A stretch of 64,000 bases of DNA from Eledone cirrhosa (taxonomy: Eukaryota). Location of the stretch: the NCBI GenBank assembly GCA_964016885.1, contig OZ024743.1:21328001-21392000 (forward strand), in the 5' to 3' direction. Shown in pieces: positions 1-13,344 of the stretch (its first letter is position 1; each line of letters starts with the position of its first letter). The notes beneath the pieces are model-generated. The model had not been told where the DNA came from. It saw only the letters and a list, made by a program, of their open reading frames with translations, and ran no database searches. Both the position numbers and the translations under genes were made by a program.

Positions 1-391
1 TGTGCAAATGTGTGTCGTATGCTTCTGCCGGATTTTTTTTAAGTAGGTGTGAATGTGTATAATTATATTTCGCCAGGTAAACATATATGTGTGTGTATGT
101 GTGTGTGTGTGTGTGTGTGTTTAAATGTGTATATGTAGCAATCTTCAACAGGTATCTATTTATGTAAATGTATTCACATCACAATAACTGTTTGTGAGAG
201 TGTATGTTTCAGTTAAATTGTCATTGCTCCTTCGCGACAATTTTACCTCAGATATATTTAAGCACATAGTTAAAAGCACTCATTTGTGACGAACAATTCG
301 TCCAATACAACTTTATACATATTACTCTCCCACACCACATTGCTGTTAATACTTTTTCATTTCTTCTTTCTTTCTTTTACCCCACCCCCTC

Positions 392-452
<61 letters not shown>

Positions 453-478
453 ATATATATATATATATATATATATAA

Positions 479-672
479 GTAGGTTCAGGACCCCGACGGC
501 AGAGTTCAAGCCATTTCGACGGCTATTTCTGGACTCGTCCAGAATTAGCCATCGAAACGGCTTGAGCCCTGCCGTCGGGGTCCTGAACCTATTCCTATTA
601 CCCACTCTGCTACCCAAAGTATCGAGTACTCTGGTGCGTTATGGTCCACCTGGTTCCTTACCACACTTCCTT
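479..672. mobile_element. Fold-back (hairpin) fragment of a PLE pseudo-LTR, family A, between (TA)n tracts
   Basis: aggttcaggaccccgacggc...tctggac-tc-gtccagaa...gccgtcggggtcctgaacct forms an imperfect ~55-bp-arm hairpin. The same sequence occurs at 26341-26530, 48180-48372 and 59847-60911. Confidence 0.75.
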
Positions 673-689
673 CATTATATATATATATA

Positions 690-1026
690 TATGGTGGATG
701 GGTGCTACACGAGAATGCTGAGGATGGCTCTGAACATTAATCAGTATACACTGAGGATGAAAAACTCAGAGTTGTATGAGAGCCTCCCAAAAGTCCGCTC
801 AAAAGTGACACAGAGGAGACTGAGGTTAGCTGGACATGCTCACCGACATCCAGAGTTGATATTGCACTCAGTGCTCCTGTGGGATCCCCTACATGGACAC
901 ATTGGAAGAGGAAGACCGAAGGACAGACACTGGTCTGTTGGAGACTCAGGATATGGCAGCGATAATGAGGGACAGAGACCGCTGGAGAGAACTCGTCCAT
1001 GGATCTCGGGAATTTTACCCGCCCTA

Positions 1027-1027
<1 letters not shown>
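690..1027 (+). mobile_element. 5'-truncated RTE-type LINE 3' end inserted in (TA)n
   Basis: Translates DGCYTRMLRMALNI...RRLRLAGHAHRHPEL...GRGRP. Near-identical to 25296-25660, with a small internal deletion. Flanked by (TA)n on both sides. Confidence 0.85.
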
Positions 1028-1122
<95 letters not shown>

Positions 1123-1189
1123 GTAATAATAAATTTTAAGACTAAAATCCAAGCACCGATTTTTGCTTAAACTTTAATCTGTTATTTTA

Positions 1190-1222
<33 letters not shown>

Positions 1223-1232
<10 letters not shown>

Positions 1233-1729
1233 GGGAGTCCTTCATCAGTGACCCTCCAACCGTCCCAGGCATTTCATCGCTTTAAGGGCCATATACCTCA
1301 GGTTGGTGCGAACAACGGCTAAAAAAAGTCGTTGGGACACGTAAATAAAGAGAACGTTAGGGTGAACAAACAAAATGGTTTAAGCAACAGAAAGTGAGAG
1401 GAAAGAGACAAGTCCCAGATTTCTATGAATATAAACTCGATAAAATCGTGAACTACTACTCTAGTAGTTCACGATTTTATCGCGTTTATATTCATAGAAA
1501 TCTGGGACTTGTCTCTTTCCTCTCACTTTCTGTTGCTTAAACCATTTTGTTTGTTCACCTTAACGTTCTCTTTATTTACGTGTCCCAACGACTTTTTTTA
1601 GCCGTTGTTCGCACCAACCTGAGGTATATGGCCCTTAAAGCGATGAAATGCCTGGGACGGTTGGAGGGTCACTGATGAAGGACTCCCCCCTTTTTTATAT
1701 GTAACCCATTTGCAACGCCGCAGCTCCAT

Positions 1730-1730
<1 letters not shown>
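1223..1730. mobile_element. Near-perfect ~475-bp palindrome (fold-back element) in (TA)n
   Basis: 1223-1457 is the reverse complement of ~1462-1697 with about 2 mismatches, followed by a short tail. Homologous to 5540-5900 and 28254-28823. Confidence 0.85.
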
Positions 1731-1807
<77 letters not shown>

Positions 1808-1828
1808 GTGTGTGTGTGTTTAAGTGAG

Positions 1829-1876
<48 letters not shown>

Positions 1877-2022
1877 TTTTGAGTTTATGTTGGTTGTATA
1901 CCAACACCTTAGTATGCAGGCTGGAGCACTCGACGAAGTGCGCAGGTTGGTTTGGTTACGCCGGAGTAGTGTAAAACAAAGTTAAATAAAAGTCAAATGA
2001 TTAAAATTTAGCTTCGTTTATT

Positions 2023-2077
2023 ACTGCTATATATATTTCAGTGACAGCCATCTTTGGCTGTGACCTCTTCAGGCAGT
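2023..2077 (-). ncRNA. Minimal type-I hammerhead ribozyme
   Basis: Minus strand: ACUGC-CUGAAGA-ggucACAGCCA aaga UGGCUGUcacu-GAAA-UAUAUA-UA/GCAGU. Canonical core and palindromic stem III; lies between ~40-bp inverted arms (1978-2016 / 2195-2233). Confidence 0.8.
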
Positions 2078-2611
2078 TTGAATTAGTATGGTATAGACAA
2101 GTACATATGTTGTTTAGGTGTATGATATTGTCAATACTCTGATATGCCCAGTTCCTTGTTGGGTTGTTAATTCACTGGGGAACTGGAGTCATATCGAAGC
2201 TAAATTTTAATCATTTGACTTTTATTTAACTTTATTTTATATATATATATATATATATGGAGGAATTTATAGCTCACTTGAAGCATTTTGTAATGAGGTA
2301 TAAACGTTTGTATTTGTAAAGCCAAAACAATGCAGGTATGGACATAGAATAAAAATGCAAATGCAAAAGATATTGTTGACAATTAGTCTTTTACCTTAAA
2401 TTTATTTAAATGTCCTTAATTTTCGAGATAATATCTCTTCTTCGGAGGGAAGTAAAGCGGTTAAACCAGTGTTCTAAATAGCTTGCCAACTCATGCTGAC
2501 AGGAAATGGTATAGAGTATCTGTTCTATCTCTAATGTCAAAGAGTTAAGGTTAGGTGGATAAAGAGACTCTTTATCCACCTATTTAGAACACTGGTTTAA
2601 CCGCCTTACTT

Positions 2612-2648
2612 CCCTCCGAAGAAGAGATATTATCTCGAAAATTAAGGG
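2612..2648 (+). ncRNA. Putative ultra-minimal hammerhead, U4C core variant (inverted copy at ~2415-2451)
   Basis: CCCU-CCGAAGA-a-GAGAU auu AUCUC-GAAA-au-UA/AGGG. Stem III is almost absent. Confidence 0.45.
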
Positions 2649-3726
2649 GTCCCAGTGCTCTGCTTTGCTGTTAAGACGGCTCTGACCTAGACTGAAACAA
2701 ATATTTTGTCCTTCGCTCTAAAAACGATACTACCGATGGAACTTATATTTGAACGTAGAGATACGAAAATAAATGTAGGATGACGGTTTTCTAATTTCTT
2801 TTTATTTCCTTTTTTTTTCAGCGACCTATCTTTGTTGGGAAGGTAGAAAGTTTTTAAAAGGTGGTTGGGGGACAACGATCCTAAATATCGAGAATTAAAA
2901 CACCTGTCAGAAGGATAAATTATAGTGTATAGTGTATTAAGTGCTATTTAAAGGGTGGTTTATAGTAGTTGATGATTAAGGAGAAAATTTGCTATCGTTA
3001 TTCATACTGAGCTACACTACTATCAAGTGCATCTAAAAAAAGGATTTCCATGCGGAAGTTGTAGTTTGTATTTAAATCAAGGATAGTCTTGTCTTTCGTT
3101 CAGTAAGTCGGAGAAAACAAACCAGGATGTGTTACACACAATTACTAACGTTTAACTTTAACACAGCCATATATTTCGGGAGGAGCAGATAACCAATTGC
3201 TTCTTATTTTATTTTATAAACACCAGAAGGATAAAAGCAATGTCATCCACGGTAGGATTTGAACTCAGAACATAATGAGTTACGTTGTACGGTTCTCAAC
3301 CGACTATGCCATCTAACCTGTCTCACGTTATTATAGTTGTTGTTATTAATCCAGTTTTGACCATGTACATCAGTGTCTACTTCGTTACTCAATATATTTG
3401 GAGGTAATTTGAGGGAGCTTTAGCTATCTATTTCTAGCTGTTTGAACTTCTACGTTGACTTTGACAACCTTAGGTGTTTACAATAGGTAGCTGATATTTT
3501 GTTACCCTCTGAGGTTAACAAAGATAAATGTGTCATAATTATGAATAAAATAAATACTTTGTCCCTATCTCTATATATATAAACGAAAATGTCTGTCTGT
3601 CTGTCTGCATGCGATGCACTTCCAGTTTCCATCCGATTTTGTTCAAATTTGATATATAAGTTATATAGTTCCCGGAGCATGTCAACATATAGTTTAAATA
3701 TTTATAGCAAGGGTTGCCTCCTTTGT

Positions 3727-4067
3727 TGTGACGAAAACATCACCAATAGAGTAACGCTCTCTAGACAGGAAGTAGCTGGAGTTGCTTCCCGTTGGGGTGA
3801 TAGAACCCTTTTTTGTCACTTCTGGCAGAGCCCTATAAAGGGAATAACTTCCAGCTCCCTATCTCTCATTTTCCCTTTCGGCTCCTGGTCTTCGGCCAGG
3901 CGCGTTCGCCTGGCAACCAAACGGTAACTAATAATTTTGCTTCATTCTCTCATCTATTCATTGACATGTCAACTATACTGTTCTATATAACCAAAAATTG
4001 TTGATTAAATATTATACACACAAACCACGTCTCTTGTTATATTTATACAACTCAGTATTTTGTTATA
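3727..4067 (+). mobile_element. Diverged solo LTR related to the LTRs at 35221/36947
   Basis: Shares cagagccctataaa, gcctggcaa..aaacggtaacta and tgacatgtcaa...taaatattata..cacaaacca blocks with those LTRs; begins TG. Confidence 0.7.
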
Positions 4068-4829
4068 TATTTCTCTCCCCTAAAATAGCAGAGTTCTGGA
4101 GCTATTTAAAGACGGCCATGTTGAGAAGAGCTTGGGGTCTTTATTTACATTGGCGAAAGCTGTTCCTGGCAACGACGAACTCTTTTGGTAGTATTTAATA
4201 AATTTTAATATATGTTGGAATTTCTTTTAAAAATTATACTTGTAAGAACGTCCAAATTTAGCTTGACCGGGACACCAGCAACCGTTGAGCTAAGTCTGTT
4301 ATGTATGCTCCACTCTACTATATATAGATGGAACAGGGAAATATAGATTACAAGTCTTTGCGGTATGTGTGTATATAGAAGACTTTTCAGAATATCATAG
4401 GTAGAACACAGAACCAATTAGGAAACAGTAAAAATAGTAAAAATTAAGAAAATTATATTGGACTATATCAGAGAGAGAAACCTAAAATATTTAATTAGAA
4501 AATCAGGCTAACAGGTTATTAATACAATTCATACACATATGTGGTAGTTGTTATTGTTTTTTGTTGGATCCCCGCTATTCCAATGAACGGAACTACCTAT
4601 AAGTAGTTGAGCATTCCAGGTACAACTCATTTTTGCCAGCTGAGTGTTCTAGAGCAACGTAAAATAAAGCATCTTATTCAAAGGCACAACGCTTCACCCT
4701 TTCGAAGAATCGGGTTCAAGATCTTAAGCTGAACACCCTAACCACTAGGCCACGCGCCTTTACTCTTATACACAAGAAACTTCCCAAGGGAGCTAACTGT
4801 GTAAGTCGTGACTATTAAGTTTTTTCTAA

Positions 4830-4958
4830 TTTAGGCACAATGTTAGCGATTTGGGAAGGGGGAAAGTCGATTATATCGACTCCAGTACTTAACTGGTACT
4901 TTATCTTAGCGACCGCGGAAGGATGAAAGGCAAAGGTGACCTCGGTGGGATTTCAAGT
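4830..4958 (-). mobile_element. tRNA-derived SINE copy (octopus-type family)
   Basis: Family motif actggtactttat...ggatgaaaggcaaagg.gacctcgg.gggattt, repeated more than 10 times in this window. Confidence 0.7.
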
Positions 4959-5159
4959 CTTGGGTATTATTAGAAAGTAAAATGAATGAGAAAAGAGGAA
5001 CAGAAAATCCAAGAATTTCGTGGATGGATATCTAAGATTGGACAAACTTAAAATACAGCGATGTATAAGGACAATACAAGAAAGACCGAGATAGCAATCT
5101 ATGGTATGTAACCTGCTGAAAGCAGACAATATTTAATCATGAGGATTAATCTAATAACT

Positions 5160-5455
5160 AGTTAAATATCGGTCGCTCTCCGACAGGTTTACGGTCGAGC
5201 CCGTAGCAGTGGAGACTTCTGGTGTCCTTCGCCCTAGGATCACCTCCCTACTCACCGCCATCGACACAGAGTTGGCTACCCACAGGTGTGAGCCACACGA
5301 GCAGGAATGGCTCTTCCAGCCCGTCTTCCTCACCATCCTCCGGGGGTACGCCTTCTCTATTCTGTTCGCCATGCCGCGGAGCAGCCAGCGTGTGGGCCCC
5401 CATTTGCTCGCAATAGTAAGAGATGGGGAGAGCAGGAGGGACGGAGGCAGTGACA
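5160..5455 (+). mobile_element. CRE-clade non-LTR retrotransposon 3' fragment (C-terminus of restriction-like endonuclease)
   Basis: KYRSLSDRFTVEPVAVETSGVLRP...EWLFQPVFLTILRGYAFSIL matches the CRE pattern P.AVET.G...L.QR.S..I.RGNA..IL. Confidence 0.7.
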
Positions 5456-5470
5456 ATGGGAGTTTGGTTC

Positions 5471-5508
<38 letters not shown>

Positions 5509-5958
5509 AATGAAGAATTAGAAATAGAAGCCAGGAATATCCGTCATCAGTGGTCTACTAGCCATCATAGGTATTTCTTCGCATTACAGACCATATACCT
5601 CAAGCTAGGGAAATGCAATAACTAAATTAAGTTATTAGGATAAAAAGAGTTGGGTGGAGAAAGAGAGACAGGTAAACAAACACAAATGGTGAGGCAACGT
5701 AAAGAGAGGAAAAATGAGAAAATCAAGTCAATGATTCATTTTGAACATAAGAGCTTGCGAATATTGACGAGAAGGCAAAGACACATCTTGGCCGTGCGGA
5801 TGTGAGCGAGGAAAGAATTTCGTACGGTGTGGGACAATGGAGGAAGTGAGAGAGAGGGTGAGTAGCAGAGAGTGAGTGAGTGAAAGTGTGAGGAAGAGGC
5901 TAGCCGAGAGAGGGTGACTAGCAGAAGGGGTTGCAACAACACAGCTCGCTATTTTTCA

Positions 5959-6013
<55 letters not shown>

Positions 6014-6205
6014 ATAATAATAAATTTGAAGACTAAAATCCAAAGAGGGCTCGATAAGGATAAATATATATATCAAATATATAAGAACCGTAGAGCAAAT
6101 ATTTATTAAAATAACATATTAAAGTTTAAGCAAAGAATCGCTGCTTTCACCCTTTCAGAAGATCCCGTTAAGAGTGAAAGCAGCGATTCTTTGCTTAAAC
6201 TTTAA

Positions 6206-6260
<55 letters not shown>

Positions 6261-6446
6261 GAAATGAATTCTGTGAGAGAACATCGTTATTGTTTTCTCC
6301 CTCATATCAAGAATTTGAAGACAATTCATTTTAACCTGATGAGATCAGTGATAATCGATCATGGCTTCACAATCGATCTATCTTTAATTGAAACATGTGT
6401 CGTGATTAAATTATTAGAATTTTACCTTGCCTTCGGATTTTCATTT

Positions 6447-6486
<40 letters not shown>

Positions 6487-7860
6487 ACGGATGTATGGAA
6501 TCATCGGAGCATAGAGAATGTTTAAACAGGTAATTAAAATCCTAGTCCTCAGAACATTTATATAGATACATAACTATTGCCAGTGTCATTGACATCATAT
6601 AGAAAAGCAGGAGTTACAAAAGGATGTTATGCTACAAAAAACGTAGTATAAGAAGCAATGGTGAAAAGTGAAATATTGAGCATATTATATATAAAGATAT
6701 TGTTTAAGGCAATATATGTGCAAAAGATACACGCAAATAAAGATGTAAGATAAGATAGATAAAAGATATCATAGCATTGAAAAGCAGGTAATGTTAAGGG
6801 TATATAATGCAAAAGTTAATAAAATTAATAAAGGCATGCATGAGGTAAGAGTTATATAATAAATGAAACAAGCATATTTCATATAGAATGTAAAAGCATG
6901 TTAAAAGTGTCAGAAATGTTTACATTTTTTAAAATGGCATGCAATATGGTATAGAAATATGTGGTGATACAATGGATAGATGTTGTGTAAAGTATAATGC
7001 AAAAAACGTAATTAAATTAGATAGGTAATTGTCATTCAAGAATTTTTATATTTGAGTTCGTATATGATGTATATATTGGGTGTAACGCAAATGTATTAAC
7101 CATGGAATTTTCTTAATTTTAGATGTAATGTGTTTGAGATGTGTATAGTTTAAAAATATGTGTTTGGTAAAGATTAATTCCACTGTATTACTGGCCATGT
7201 TATTATAGGAAATATATTATGCAATGCATTCTTATCTTTAAATGTTCTATTAAGAAATATTTGACTTTGTTTTATGTGCGAGTTCTATTAATAGTTATTA
7301 GGCGAAGTGGGATAATTATATATAAATCATATATAAGCATAAATATTATTATTATTACTATGTATATATTGTGTGTATGTGTAGGGTGGGCAAGTTAGTG
7401 TAACCAGCTAGCAAACTCATCACAAAAGCAAGAGGTGAGGATTCGATTCCCATGCATGCTGATAACTAGCTAAACATTCGACAGTTGTAATCTTGGTCAA
7501 GACACTTAACCCATCCCCACCATTAGTCAAATACCAGGATTGTATGTGGGGCTGGGTTAACCATTCAGTAAAATAATCACATGCTTAAAACACCAAGAGA
7601 AAAAGGAAACCATTTTATTGAAATTAAATGTATTTACCATTCCAAAAATAAATTTTCGCAAACTTTATATATGCAGGGGGGTTCATAATGTTTTAAGGCT
7701 TCAAAAGTACTTAATCTGGCTCTGAGTATTAGTTACATGTTACCCGTATAAACCATACAATGGGCTCCACTGATGTTCTATGAAATCTATGCCATAGTAT
7801 TAAGAAATGAGACATCTCGCCCCAATCCAATTTCTTTTATTCCTCCCTGCTGTGACCCCT

Positions 7861-8838
7861 AATACTACTGCCACCACCACCACTACAACTACTACTACTA
7901 CTGCCACCACCACCACCACCACCACCACCAAAACTACTGCTGCCACCACCACCACTACTACTACTGCCACCACCACTATCACCATCAGCACTACTACTAC
8001 GGCCACCATCACCACTACCACTACTACTGCTGCTACCACCACCACCACCACTACTACTACCACCACTACCACCACCACCACCACCACAACTACTGCTGCC
8101 ACCACCACCACTACTACTACTGCCACCACCACTATCACCATCAGCACTACTACTACGGCCACCATCACCACTACCAGTACTACTGCTGCTACCACCACCA
8201 CCACCACTACTACTACCACCACTACCACCACCACCACCACCACAACTACTGCTGCCACCACCACCACTACTACTACTGCCACCACCACTATCACCATCAG
8301 CACTACTACTACGGCCACCATCACCACTACCACTACTACTGCTGCTACCACCACCACCACCACTACTACTACCACCACTACCACCACCACCACCACCACA
8401 ACTACTGCTGCCACCACCACCACTACTACTACTGCCACCACCACTATCACCATCAGCACTACTACTACGGCCACCATCACCACTACCACTACTGCTACCA
8501 CCACCACCACTACTACTACTACTACCACCACCACCACCACCACCACCACTACTACTACTGCCACCACCACTATCACCATCACCACCACTACTACTGCTAC
8601 CACCATCACCACTACTACTACTGCCATCACCATCACCACTACCACTACCACCACCACTACTACTACTATTGCAATTACTACGACTACTACTACTACTACT
8701 ACTACTACTACTGCCACCACAACTACTAATGCCACCACCACCACCATCACCACTACCACTATTACCACCATCATCACTACCACCACTACTACTACTACCA
8801 CCACCACCACCACCACTACTACTACCACCACCACCACC

Positions 8839-8874
<36 letters not shown>

Positions 8875-8922
8875 GATGCCACCACCAACACTACCACCAC
8901 TAAGACTACTACTACTACTAAC
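7861..8922 (+). repeat. (ACC/ACT)n triplet array with a 156-bp higher-order repeat
   Basis: actactgctgcc recurs at 7933, 8089, 8245 and 8401 (period 156). Reads as poly-Thr in ORF 7807-8925. Confidence 0.9.
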
Positions 8923-9103
8923 TGAAACAGTGAAACATCCCTAACAGCATTAGTAAGACGAACGGCCAACGATGACAAAAACTTCGCTGTCAGCAATCCA
9001 ACTTCTTAAATGTTTCGAATACCACGACATAAAAGATGTAATTCCCGAACAAATGACTGTATATGAAGAAGTCATCCCACCCAGCAATTGATACTGTAAC
9101 TTA

Positions 9104-12100
9104 CAACAAGGGAGCCCTTACACTTACTAGTCAACAATACAGGCTTTACACTTATTAGTCAACAACAGAGCCCTTACACTTACTAGTCAACAATACAGCC
9201 TTTACACTTACTAGTCAACAAGAGAGCCCTTACACTTATTAGTCAACAATACAGGATTTACAGTTACTAGTCAACAAGAGAGCCCTTACACTTACTAGTC
9301 AACAATACAGCCTTTACACTTACTAGTAAACAAGGGAGCTCTTACACTTACTAATCAACAGTACAGGCTTTACACTTACTAGTAAACAAGAGAGCCCTTA
9401 CACTTACTAGTCAACAATACAGTCTTTACACTTACTAGTCAACAAGAGAGTCTTTACACCTACTAGTCAACAATACAGCCTTTACAGTTACTAGTCAACA
9501 AGAGAGCCCTTACACTTACTAGTCAACAATATAGCCTTTACACTTACTAGTCAACAATACAGTCTTTACACATACTAGTCAACAATACAGCCTTTACACT
9601 TACTAGTCAACAATACAGTCTTTACACTTACTAGTCAACAATATAGTCTTTACACTTACTAGTCAACAAGAGAGCCATTACACTTACTAGTCAACAATAC
9701 AGCCTTTACACTTACTAGTCAACAATACAGTATTTACACTTACTAGTTAACAATACAGTCTTTACACTTACTAGTCAACAATATAGTCTTTACACTTACT
9801 AGTCAACAATACAGTTTTTACACTTACTAGTCAACAATACAGTATTTACACTTACTAGTCAACAATATAGTCTTTACACTTACTAGTCAACAATACAGTT
9901 TTTACACTTACTAGTCAACAATACAGTCTTTACACTTACTAGTCAACAATATAGTCTTTACACTTACTAGTCAACAATACAGCCTTTACAGTTACTAGTC
10001 AACAAGAGAGCCCTTACACTTACTAGTCAACAATACAGGCTTTACACTTACTAGTCAACAAGAGAGCCATTACACTTACTAATCAACAATACAGGCTTTA
10101 CACTTACTAGTCAACAAGAGAGCCATTACACTTACTAGTCAACAATACAGCCTTTACACTTACTAGTCAACAAGAGAGCCATTACACTTACTAATCAACA
10201 ATACAGGTTTTACACTTACTAGTCAACAAGAGAGCCATTACACTTACTAATCAACAATACAGGCTTTACACTTACTAGTCAACAAGAGAGCCATTACACT
10301 TACTAGTCAACAATACAGCCTTTACACTTACTAGTAAACAAGGGAGCTCTTACACTTACTAATCAACAATACAGGCTTTACACTTACTAGTCAACAACAG
10401 AGTCTTTACACTTACTAGTCAACAACACAGTCTTTACAGTTACTAGTCAACAAGAGAGCCATTACACTTACTAATCAACAATACAGGCTTTACACTTACT
10501 AGTCAACAAGAGAGCCATTACACTTACTAGTCAACAATACAGCCTTTACACTTACTAGTAAACAAGGGAGCTCTTACACTTACTAATCAACAATACAGGT
10601 TTTACACTTACTAGTCAACAAGAGAGCCATTACACTTACTAGTCAACAATACAGTCTTTACACTTACTAGTCAACAAGAGAGCCATTACACTTACTAATC
10701 AACAATACAGGCTTTACACTTACTAGTCAACAAGAGAGCCATTACACTTACTAATCAACAATACAGGCTTTACACTTACTAGTCAACAAGAGAGCCATTA
10801 CACTTACTAGTCAACAATACAGCCTTTACACTTACTAGTAAACAAGGGAGCTCTTACACTTACTAATCAACAATACAGCCTTTACAGTTACTAGTCAACA
10901 ATATAGTCTTTACACTTACTAGTCAACAAGAGAGGCCTTACACTTACTAGTCAACAATACAGCCTTTACACTTACTAGTCAACAAGAGAGTATTTACACT
11001 TACTAGTCAACAATACAGTCTTTACACTTACTAGTCAACAATACAGTCTTTACACTTACTAGTCAACAATATAGTCTTTACACTTACTAGTCAACAAGAG
11101 AGTCATTACACTTACTAGTCAACAATACAGCCTTTACACTTACTAGTCAACAATACAGTATTTACACTTACTAGTTAACAATACAGTCTTTACACTTACT
11201 AGTCAACAATATAGTCTTTACACTTACTAGTCAACAATACAGTTTTTACACTTACTAGTCAACAATACAGTATTTACACTTACTAGTCAACAATATAGTC
11301 TTTACACTTACTAGTCAACAATACAGTCTTTACACTTACTAGTCAACAATACAGTCTTTACACTTACTAGTCAACAATATAGTCTTTACACTTACTAGTC
11401 AACAATACAGCCTTTACAGTTACTAGTCAACAAGAGAGCCATTACACTTACTAATCAACAATACAGGCTTTACACTTACTAGTCAACAAGAGAGCCATTA
11501 CACTTACTAGTCAACAATACAGCCTTTGCACTTACTAGTAAACAAGGGAGCTCTTACACTTACTAATCAACAATACAGGCTTTACACTTACTAGTCAACA
11601 AGAGAGTCTTTACACTTACTAGTCAACAATACAGTCTTTACACTTACTAGTCAACAAGAGAGCCATTACACATACTAATCAACAATACAGGCTTTACACT
11701 TACTAGTCAACAAGAGAGCCATTACACTTACTAATCAACAATACAGGCTTTACACTTACTAGTCAACAAGAGAGCCATTACACTTACTAGTCAACAATAC
11801 AGCCTTTACACTTACTAGTAAACAAGGGAGCTCTTACACTTAGTAATCAACAATACAGGCTTTACACTTACTAGTCAACAAGAGAGTCTTTACACTTACT
11901 AGTCAACAACACAGTCTTTACAGTTACTAGTCAACAAGAGAGCCATTACACTTACTAATCAACAATACAGGCTTTACACTTACTAGTCAACAAGAGAGCC
12001 ATTACACTTACTAGTCAACAATACAGCCTTTACACTTACTAGTAAACAAGGGAGCTCTTACACTTACTAATCAACAATACAGGCTTTACACTTACTAGTC

Positions 12101-13126
12101 AACAAGAGAGCCATTACACTTACTAGTCAACAATACAGTCTTTACACTTACTAGTCAACAAGAGAGCCATTACACTTACTAATCAACAATACAGGCTTTA
12201 CACTTACTAGTCAACAAGAGAGCCATTACACTTACTAATCAACAATACAGGCTTTACAGTAACTAGTAAACAATACAGTCTTTACACTTACTAGTCAACA
12301 AGAGAGTCTTTACACTTACTAGTCAACAATACAGTCTTTACACTTACTAGTCAACAATACAGTCTTTACACTTACTAGTCAACAATACAGTCTTTACACT
12401 TACCAGTCAACAATACAGCCGTTACACTTACTAGTAAACAAGGGAGCCCTTGCACTTACTCGTCAACAAGATAGTCTTTACAGTAACTAGTAAACAATAC
12501 AGTCTTTACAGTAACTAGTAAACAATACAGTCTTTACACTTACTAGTCAACCATACAGTCTTTACACTTACTAGTCAACAAGAGAGTTTTTACACTTACT
12601 AGTCAACAATACAGTCTTTACACTTACTAGTCAACAAGAGAGTCTTTACACCTACTAGTCAACAATACAGTCTTTACACCTACTAGTCAACAATACAGTC
12701 TTTACACTTACTAGTCAACAAGAGAGTCTTTACACTTACTAGTCAACAATACAGTCTTTACACTTACTAGTCAACCATACAGTCTTTACACTTACTAGTC
12801 AACAAGAGAGTCTTTACATTTACTAGTCAACAATACAGTCTTTACACTTACTAGTCAACAAGAGAGTCTTTACACCTACTAGTCAACAATACAGTCTTTA
12901 CACTTACTAGTCAACAAGAGAGTATTTACACTTACTAGTCAACAATACAGTCTTTACACTTACTAGTCAACAATACAGTCTTTACACTTACTAGTCAACA
13001 ATACAGTCTTTACACTTACTAGTCAACAAGAGAGTCTTTACACCTACTAGTCAACAATACAGTCTTTACACTTACTAGTCAACAATACAGTCTTTACACT
13101 TACTAGTCAACAAGAGAGTCTTTACA
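9104..13126 (+). repeat. 28-bp minisatellite, ~140 copies
   Basis: Unit TTACACTTACTAGTCAACAA plus a variable 8-mer (tacagtct, tacagcct, tacaggct, gagagcca, gagagccc, gggagctc, tatagtct...). Confidence 0.95.
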
Positions 13127-13344
13127 TGGTCGCTTTACCTGTTAAAAAATACCAGTCAAATTCCTTCGAATACATCGTTTTTTTGAGGAAATGTAGCTGG
13201 TAATTTGAAATTTTAAGGTGTTGCTGGCGGTTCTCCGCAGCAACGCTTTCGCCATCTTGTCCACTAGGCGCAGCTCAGATAAACTGCCCAGTCAAAGGTG
13301 TAGAGATGTTCCCACTCCCTTTCCCCCTTACCCATATTTATTTT

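Noticed and set aside
286-1170. 294-aa ORF and the many IYIY/HTHT/CVCV/poly-V/L/S/Y ORFs
   Set aside because: Read-through of stop-free microsatellites; only the embedded retroelement pieces are real coding remnants.
9104-13126. CRISPR-like repeat/spacer appearance
   Set aside because: The variable parts are only 8 nt and recur from a small set; there are no cas genes and the context is eukaryotic.
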